The position numbers were made by a program, and so were the translations under genes. The notes beneath the pieces were generated by a model. The model did not search any database and was not told where the DNA came from. It saw nothing but the letters and a program-made list of their open reading frames with translations. A DNA stretch of 64,000 nucleotides from a virus: positions 38,656 through 102,655 of IMG/VR virus record IMGVR_UViG_3300033148_007408; one strand, 5' to 3'. This document shows, piece by piece, positions 58,072-64,000 of this stretch (the first letter of the stretch is position 1; the number at the start of each line of letters is the position of its first letter).

Positions 58072-58800
58072 GTGACAGAAATTATTGCGGAAATAGGCAT
58101 AAACTTCATGGGGAATATGGAAATTGCCAGAAAACTTATTGCAGATGCGACGGAGTGTGGTGCAGATATTGCAAAGTTTCAGTGGTATAGTTGTGATTCT
58201 CTTTTTGGCGATCCATCAAAAGACACATACAATCAAAAGATATATGAAGCAGTAAAGCCGTTTGAGCTTGATGAAAAAAAGATTGAACAACTTGTCAAAT
58301 GGTGTGAGTTGGAGGGTATAGAGTTTGCATGTAGTGTTTTCGACAAAGAAAGGTTCGAAACATTGGAAGATTTAGGTGTCTCGGTGCATAAAGTTGCCTC
58401 TCGTGTTTCAAAATATGATCGAGATTTGGCAGTCAAAATAATAGAAACGGGAAAACCCTGTTATGTTTCGTTGGGTTTTGGTGCTGAGCCATTTGATACA
58501 GAAAAATATCCCAAGGTTCGACATCTTCAGTGCGTCGCTAAATACCCGACTTGGAATGAAGATTTTGATATACCCAAATCATTCGAGGATTCTATTTATT
58601 ATGGACTATCTTCTCATGCGACAACTCCCTATCCGGCCATGGTTGCTGTTGCTCGCGGTGCAAAAGCAATTGAAGTACATTTTACTTTAAGCAAGAGTAT
58701 GGTTGCTTTGCCAGGTGGGTTTGATCATTTGTGCTCGTTGAATAAAGATGAACTTAAACAATTGGTAGATTTTGCCTATCATGCCGATCAAATTAAATAA
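58072..58800 (+). CDS. Nonulosonic acid synthase 4 (divergent, short NeuB family)
   Basis: AGGAGG RBS with GTG58072; IIAEIGINFMGN, AKFQ, HKVAS, CVAKYP, GLSSHA, IEVHFT. Confidence 0.88.
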   Translation: MTEIIAEIGINFMGNMEIARKLIADATECGADIAKFQWYSCDSLFGDPSKDTYNQKIYEAVKPFELDEKKIEQLVKWCELEGIEFACSVFDKERFETLEDLGVSVHKVASRVSKYDRDLAVKIIETGKPCYVSLGFGAEPFDTEKYPKVRHLQCVAKYPTWNEDFDIPKSFEDSIYYGLSSHATTPYPAMVAVARGAKAIEVHFTLSKSMVALPGGFDHLCSLNKDELKQLVDFAYHADQIK

Positions 58801-58819
58801 ATATAGCAATGGGTTTAAA

Positions 58820-59608
58820 ATGAGCACAGCATATTATATGTCCTATAACCTTCCGACGCCAGCAAGTTTGCGTGCTCGGTATGATGGGTATAGTGCGTTA
58901 ATTATCGGCACGGGACAATCAACAGAAAATCTTTTAAAATACAAATCGGAAATAAAAAAACATTTTGATATTGTTATTGGGTTGAATTATGCGACGAAAG
59001 ACTTTGAAGATGTTATGGATTTTCATATGGTCATGGAAATTCGACCAATCGATATGGCAACGGAAATGGCATTAAATTATAGGAAAGATTTGCCACGAAT
59101 ATTAAACTACAAATCCATAAAATTTTTTCCAAAAGATATGAATATAATCAAAGCAAGACGAGAACCTTTTTTTGGAACACCGAATATAACTAAATATAAA
59201 TTTAATGGAGTGGAGGGTCTATTAGAGTATCGAAAAGATGGGCGAAAACTTCATTATGGTACGGTTATGTTACAGGCATTACATTTTGCGTGTATACTTG
59301 GTTGTAAGGACATATATCTTATTGGCGCGGATTTGGCATTTAAGGGTGAGTTTGATCATTACTACAAAGATAAATTTTATCGGGAGCCAATTACAGTGTC
59401 CACAAGCCGAAGTCCACTAATTATGACCAAGTTGGATGGCGAAATGATTCCAACGACCCACGTGTTTAAAAAAAGTGCAAGGTATATTGATAGAATGATA
59501 ATACAACAGTGTAGACCCCGTGGGATTGAGGTTTATGATTTTTCGGAAGGTTTAATCAATCGAGCAATTAAAGTAGAAATCGATTCATTTTTTCAAGTTG
59601 GTCCATAA
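58820..59608 (+). CDS. Maf/DUF115-like putative nonulosonate transferase 3
   Basis: ALIIGTGQST, VIGLNY, GTVMLQALHFACILGCKDIYLIGADL, DHYY; close paralog of 47689. Start position uncertain. Confidence 0.8.
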   Translation: MSTAYYMSYNLPTPASLRARYDGYSALIIGTGQSTENLLKYKSEIKKHFDIVIGLNYATKDFEDVMDFHMVMEIRPIDMATEMALNYRKDLPRILNYKSIKFFPKDMNIIKARREPFFGTPNITKYKFNGVEGLLEYRKDGRKLHYGTVMLQALHFACILGCKDIYLIGADLAFKGEFDHYYKDKFYREPITVSTSRSPLIMTKLDGEMIPTTHVFKKSARYIDRMIIQQCRPRGIEVYDFSEGLINRAIKVEIDSFFQVGP

Positions 59609-59609
59609 T

Positions 59610-60209
59610 ATGGAAATTTCAGTAATCGTAACAAATTATAATTATGAAAGATTTCTCGCTAGATCAATTAGATCATTGATCTGTCAATCTTATAATAACG
59701 AAGAATACGAAATAATAGTTATAGATGACTATAGTACCGATAGTAGCAAAAAGATAATAGAATCATTTAGTGGACACATTAAATCAATATTTAACGATAA
59801 GAACCTTGGCCTTGCTACCAGTTGTAATAAGGTGATAAAACAAGCCCTCGGAAAATATGTTGTTAGGGTGGATGCTGATGACTATGTTGCTGTCGATTTT
59901 TTGAAAGTTCATCAATTATTTTTGGCCAACAATAAGTCTGATATGAATGCAACCAGTTCGGACTATCTTGAAGTTGACAGTGAAGAAAATATCATACAAA
60001 GACGTAGTGGCGTAACGTTTCCGATAGCGTGTGGGACAATGTATAAGACCGACGACATGCTGGAACTTGGATTATTCAATAAAGACCTGCCACGTGAAGA
60101 TGAGGACTTTAGATGTAGGTTTTTGAAGAGCGGAAGGCATATTTATAACATTCCAGTGCCGTTATATCGTTATTGCAAGCATGGTATGAATATGACATGT
60201 GGCTTATAG
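59610..60209 (+). CDS. Glycosyltransferase, GT2 family
   Basis: ISVIVTNYN, VIDDYSTD, RVDADD, EDED. Confidence 0.92.
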   Translation: MEISVIVTNYNYERFLARSIRSLICQSYNNEEYEIIVIDDYSTDSSKKIIESFSGHIKSIFNDKNLGLATSCNKVIKQALGKYVVRVDADDYVAVDFLKVHQLFLANNKSDMNATSSDYLEVDSEENIIQRRSGVTFPIACGTMYKTDDMLELGLFNKDLPREDEDFRCRFLKSGRHIYNIPVPLYRYCKHGMNMTCGL

Positions 60210-60224
60210 CACATTTGGAAAATT

Positions 60225-61115
60225 ATGACTAAATTTACTTATACTAAAACCAAAAACTTTCCCAATATTAAGTTTTTGGTAGGCTCTCGGCATTCCGGCT
60301 TGCTATATTTTGATGGAGAGGATTTTAAAAGAATTTATCCAAGATACAGGGTTTATGGAATAACGAAAGGTCGTCATGGATGGTGCGCCTATGTTAAAGA
60401 CCCGGGATCTAAAACTGGAACAATTGTGTCATTTAACATAGAGGACGATAATTTTTGTAATTTTAAGAACATTATATGCCCTGCGCCAAAGGATATACAT
60501 CAAATAGACTTTATAGGAAAAAGCCTAATATTAACCGATGTAAGATCCGGGTCGTTAATAGAATATAAAAATTTTTTGAAATTTACCCGTCCGCCCTTAA
60601 AAATAGTACATAAAATTGGCACACCGATGAAGCACTTTAACTCAATATATTTTTACAATAATCAAATATTGGTATTGGCACACAACCAATATGCGAAAAC
60701 CGAGCAAAAAAGTAAAGTGATTTATTTGAATAAAAGTTTTGACAAAGTTAAAAGATATAAGTCAAATGCTAAGTGCGGACACAATATATACCAAGACAAA
60801 TCTTGTATAATTGTATGTGACTCCTTGGGCGGCAATGTGCTATACAACAATAAACCAATATTGAAAAATATGGGTTTTGTGAGAGGTTTGTCTATTTCAG
60901 ATGACTACATACTAATCGGTTCATCAAAACAATCTGATGATGATAAAAATAGAATAAGTTTGGGGCATATTCACGTGTTTAATAGAAAATTTAAGAAGAT
61001 TGGTCGCATTTCTATTCCAAAAACTCAAATATATGAAATACGACGAGTGGATAGTATTGATTATTGCATGTCTAATGGTTCTAGCAAAAACAAGGTCCCT
61101 TTATATGTCAAATAA
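60225..61115 (+). CDS. Beta-propeller protein (DUF4915-like)
   Basis: DIHQI, HFNSI, GHNI, GFVRGL, LIGSS and IYEIR blade-like motifs. Confidence 0.55.
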   Translation: MTKFTYTKTKNFPNIKFLVGSRHSGLLYFDGEDFKRIYPRYRVYGITKGRHGWCAYVKDPGSKTGTIVSFNIEDDNFCNFKNIICPAPKDIHQIDFIGKSLILTDVRSGSLIEYKNFLKFTRPPLKIVHKIGTPMKHFNSIYFYNNQILVLAHNQYAKTEQKSKVIYLNKSFDKVKRYKSNAKCGHNIYQDKSCIIVCDSLGGNVLYNNKPILKNMGFVRGLSISDDYILIGSSKQSDDDKNRISLGHIHVFNRKFKKIGRISIPKTQIYEIRRVDSIDYCMSNGSSKNKVPLYVK

Positions 61116-61424
61116 TTTATACGAGTTTGGAAAATTATATCATGATTATTCAATTTTTGGCTTTGAGAGTCACCAAAAAGAGGATGTTTTTTTCATTATT
61201 GTGATTTGTTAGATGACACAGAGGAAGCAGTTAAAAGAATTATTGAGTTTGTTGGTGTTCCGCAACTGAAGAAATACGATATGGCGGAAAAAGAAATAAA
61301 AGAATTTGTGTCGAAAAAACTGCAACATTACAGATCAGAAGAAACGATTGAAGATATACAAGTTCGAAGTTTATACGATAGTTTGTTGAAACGTTGCTAC
61401 AATCACAAAATAGGTCGCACATGA
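61105..61424 (+). pseudogene. Truncated, frameshifted sulfotransferase-like C-terminal fragment
   Basis: A -1 shift at the T7 run (61187-61193) gives ...FHYCDLLDDTEEAVKRIIEFVG...EFVSKKLQHY, resembling the YEDLL..P...+.R+.EFLG motif; the N-terminal PAPS-binding part is absent. Confidence 0.55.
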
Positions 61425-62506
61425 AACAAATATTTATTTTTTCGGATTTATATCTTCCAACTTTTCCATTTCTTGAAGTTCCTCTTTATCAGAACTTAAA
61501 AGATCGCGGGTTGGATGTCAAATATGTGTTGCAGGCGGGAGATATACGACTTACGCTTCCACATCTTAAAAAAATCTATGAACCAATAACCACCATTGTT
61601 AAAAAACCAAAAAACATTCTTGCGGAAATGGACAAAAAAGATTTGTTGGTGTGTAGATTTGCATATAAGGATGTTGCCGGCAGTTTAATTGCGAAAGCAC
61701 GCAAAAAAAGAGTTATAGTGTTGGATCCCGCAGCAGTTGATATTGCATTTAGAGAAACTGGGGCGCAATATATGACGGTAAAAAGCCCGTGGATGAAGCG
61801 AAGAGTAATTAAAAAATTTCCCAAGAGAAAGAAATATATCTATACCACAGGCACATTGCATTTTGATATGGCTTGGGGCCTAGGAGATATTAATAAAGTA
61901 AAGTTTATGGAGTCATATGGCTTAAATCCGAATAAAAAATTGGCTATTTTGTGCAAGAGTAGCGCCGGAGAAGTAGGGCATCAGAAAGGGATAGACGCCG
62001 AATATAAGCAAATAGTGAATATAGTAAGAAAAAAATGCCCGGAGTGGGAGGTTTTGGTAAAGTTTCATCCCGTAGATCACTTGTCGGAATACGCCCCTAT
62101 GCCTGGTGTGATGAACAAAAACCTACATTATAAACATAGACCCTCATGGGAGATTTTATTTCCAGGGGGTGTAAATATATTAAAGCCGGAAGAAGGGTAT
62201 CTTGGATTTAAATGTGCCGATGTAATATTAAATGTTCGTTCTTCGATAGGAATGGAGTCGGTGCTTTTTCCTACTCCGCTTTTAAACATAAACTCGCATA
62301 AGTATTTGATAAATTGGCCCAAATCTAGCAATCCGAGCATAATGAAATTTATCAAGATGGAAAGTTTAAGTAGAGCACTTAATAACCATGAGTACAGTGT
62401 GGACATAGGTGCGTGTAGAAAACATGTGTTGGAGTATTGTGATCCGGTGGGAGACGGAAAGGCTTACAAGAGAATTGCTAAAATAATAGAAAACTTAATC
62501 CAATAG
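61421..62506 (+). CDS. GT-B-fold TagF/sialyltransferase-like putative transferase
   Basis: TGTLHFD, LVKFHP, ADVILNVRSSIGMES, GDGKAYKRI; similar to 41958. Confidence 0.65.
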   Translation: MKQIFIFSDLYLPTFPFLEVPLYQNLKDRGLDVKYVLQAGDIRLTLPHLKKIYEPITTIVKKPKNILAEMDKKDLLVCRFAYKDVAGSLIAKARKKRVIVLDPAAVDIAFRETGAQYMTVKSPWMKRRVIKKFPKRKKYIYTTGTLHFDMAWGLGDINKVKFMESYGLNPNKKLAILCKSSAGEVGHQKGIDAEYKQIVNIVRKKCPEWEVLVKFHPVDHLSEYAPMPGVMNKNLHYKHRPSWEILFPGGVNILKPEEGYLGFKCADVILNVRSSIGMESVLFPTPLLNINSHKYLINWPKSSNPSIMKFIKMESLSRALNNHEYSVDIGACRKHVLEYCDPVGDGKAYKRIAKIIENLIQ

Positions 62507-63514
62507 GCTTTTGTACAACCTTTTCCATTTTTCAGCTTGTATGTCGAGATTAAACTCTTTCTTTACTAGATCGTATCCCCATTGTCCAAACTCATCACAA
62601 ACTCTGGGGGTGTTGGAAAGGTAAAGTATGTATTTGGTTAGTTGAGTAATGTCTCCGGTTCTTATTAAATATCCATTTTTTCCGTGGTGGCATATTTCTG
62701 TTGCTTGACCTACTTTGGTGGATATTGTGGGTTTTTTCAGCATAGAGGCTTCAATAAGACCATTGCTAATACCGTGCGTTGCTGCCGGAACTACACATAA
62801 ATCAGAGCCGGCGATTAATTCGGGCACATTATCTACAAAGCCGGTGAAAATACAATTTTTTCCTAGAGGTTTTGCTAATTTAATCAATTCTGGTTTTATT
62901 TTTTCGTACCCGGCTTGATTTGGTCTATCCCCGGTGATTATTAGTTTTACACGAGGGTTTGATTTATTTGCTTGTATTGTGGCTTTAATTAGATCGTCCG
63001 CTTTTTGTCCTCGGCCCAAACGACTGCAAGGGTATATTACCACAAATCCATCTTTAAATGATTTTGCGGGTTCAGTGTTTTCGTTTAAGTTTGTTCCATT
63101 GTGTATGACTGTGATGGGGCCTGAATAAGATTTGCGTATTGCTGGAACTATTCCATGTGACGAGGAAACCAAATGAGTTACGCCGTCGTGGTCAGATTTA
63201 AGAGATCGTGGGCCTGCAATTCTCTCAATGATTGCGGGCGTTTTTGCTTTGAGCGCACAATTCTTGTATTGTGGTAGATTTCCGTATTGAAGTATATCTA
63301 TTTTGTTGGATTTTAGATAGTCGGTTATTTTGTTCCACTTTTCGCCCGAGTATGTGGTTTTTCCTATTTTTGCAAACTTTGGGTGGATGTCTGGGTTCCC
63401 TGTGGCTATAAAATGAAACTCAAAATGATTTTTGAGGTGGTTGGCTGTATTATAGATGAAAGTTTCCGTTCCGCCGATATGTAAAGATTGAATTATATAG
63501 CATATTTTGGTCAT
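62495..63514 (-). CDS. Glycosyltransferase, GT4 family
   Basis: GGAGG RBS before ATG63514; IGGTE, VIHNG, FTGFVDNV, GISNGLIEASMLKKP. Confidence 0.92.
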   Translation of the reverse strand: MTKICYIIQSLHIGGTETFIYNTANHLKNHFEFHFIATGNPDIHPKFAKIGKTTYSGEKWNKITDYLKSNKIDILQYGNLPQYKNCALKAKTPAIIERIAGPRSLKSDHDGVTHLVSSSHGIVPAIRKSYSGPITVIHNGTNLNENTEPAKSFKDGFVVIYPCSRLGRGQKADDLIKATIQANKSNPRVKLIITGDRPNQAGYEKIKPELIKLAKPLGKNCIFTGFVDNVPELIAGSDLCVVPAATHGISNGLIEASMLKKPTISTKVGQATEICHHGKNGYLIRTGDITQLTKYILYLSNTPRVCDEFGQWGYDLVKKEFNLDIQAEKWKRLYKSLLD

Positions 63515-63526
63515 CAATACCTCCAA

Positions 63527-63539
63527 TTTTATATTACAC
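63527..63539 (-). promoter_or_regulatory. Promoter-like motif class B (GTGTAATATAAAA)
   Basis: Identical to 24020-24032; immediately upstream of the RBS of the minus-strand GT4 gene. Confidence 0.6.
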
Positions 63540-63591
63540 ACCGCACGTAAAAAATATTTTTTATTTTTAACTGAAAAATTTTAATAATCGC

Positions 63592-63604
63592 GTATAATAT
63601 AAAC
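63592..63604 (+). promoter_or_regulatory. Promoter-like motif class B (GTATAATATAAAC)
   Basis: Identical to 8725-8737; upstream of ATG63638. Confidence 0.6.
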
Positions 63605-63637
63605 AGAAGGATTTTTCGACGCAACAAGGAGTTTTCG

Positions 63638-64000
63638 ATGAAGGTTAATATTATATGTGGTGATCGCGGTTGGATTTATAGCAAGTTTATTAAAGAAATG
63701 AAAAAATTCTCCGAACACGAAATATTACTAAACTCAAAAGAGAAATGTGATTGTGTTTATTTTTTACCCTACTATGAACAACGAAAAACTGACATTCCGT
63801 CAACTGGGTGGTGGTCCCATATGGAATCTAAGGATCCTATTAAATCCAAGTTTTTATCTTCTGCGCGTCAAGTAGATTATTGTATATCTCAGTCAAAAAA
63901 ATATGCCTCGGTGCTTGTGGCTAATGGAATTGAAAATGTGACACAAATAATGCCGGGTATTGATTTGGATGTCTATAAATTGCGCTCAACTTATAGAGTG
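63638..64000 (+). CDS. Glycosyltransferase, GT4-like, N-terminal part (runs off the window)
   Basis: AAGGAG RBS; MKVNIICGDRGWIY...DYCISQSKKY...IMPGIDLDVYK; open to the end of the window. Confidence 0.7.
   Translation, partial: MKVNIICGDRGWIYSKFIKEMKKFSEHEILLNSKEKCDCVYFLPYYEQRKTDIPSTGWWSHMESKDPIKSKFLSSARQVDYCISQSKKYASVLVANGIENVTQIMPGIDLDVYKLRSTYRV

Noticed and set aside
1-64000. Alternative genetic code (stop-codon recoding, as in some large phages)
   Set aside because: TAA, TAG and TGA all end clearly complete genes, coding density is high in the standard code, and the split genes involve frame changes rather than in-frame stops.
8908-64000. Ordinary bacterial O-antigen, capsule or flagellar glycosylation locus
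   Set aside because: No recognisable membrane flippase, polymerase, exporter or flagellin; the flanking virion-type genes, thymidine kinase and many homing nucleases point to a virus. Not fully excluded without the rest of the contig.
1-64000. Eukaryotic giant virus (NCLDV) origin, suggested by the Zn-ribbon nucleases and sugar genes
   Set aside because: Frequent GGAGG ribosome-binding sites and ATGA/TAATG translational coupling indicate prokaryotic polycistronic expression.
1-64000. tRNA, rRNA or structured ncRNA genes
   Set aside because: Intergenic gaps are short and AT-rich, and no cloverleaf or rRNA-like sequence was visible; a tRNAscan/Infernal run would be needed to be certain.

Overview
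An AT-rich, almost fully coding, nearly all plus-strand segment with prokaryotic translation signals (GGAGG ribosome-binding sites, ATGA/TAATG gene overlaps). It is best read as part of a large (jumbo) tailed prokaryotic virus genome; this is inferred from motifs, not from database searches. Positions 1-7.3 kb encode large acidic virion-type proteins: a baseplate-wedge-like protein with two interrupted LamG domains, and a frame-split protein with a dockerin/EF-hand-like motif. From about 8.9 kb to the end is one continuous glycan-building island of more than 55 kb. It holds about 12 GT2/GT4 glycosyltransferases, 7 divergent GT-B/TagF-like proteins, 3 Maf/DUF115-like transferases, a pseudaminic-acid-type pathway (PseB fused to a MerR/IS607-type HTH, PseC, PseG, PseH-like), four divergent NeuB synthases, four cytidylyltransferases, and tailoring enzymes (formyl-, pyruvyl-, methyl-, acetyl- and aminotransferases, two B12-radical SAM genes, one SPASM radical SAM). 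I recognise no flippase, polymerase, ABC exporter or lipid-carrier priming transferase, so the glycans are probably built in the cytoplasm on proteins, plausibly the virion. Seven free-standing homing-type nucleases, two small ribbon-helix-helix regulators, a thymidine kinase, two recurring promoter-like motif classes and four frame-disrupted genes are interspersed. No rRNA, tRNA or CRISPR array was seen.
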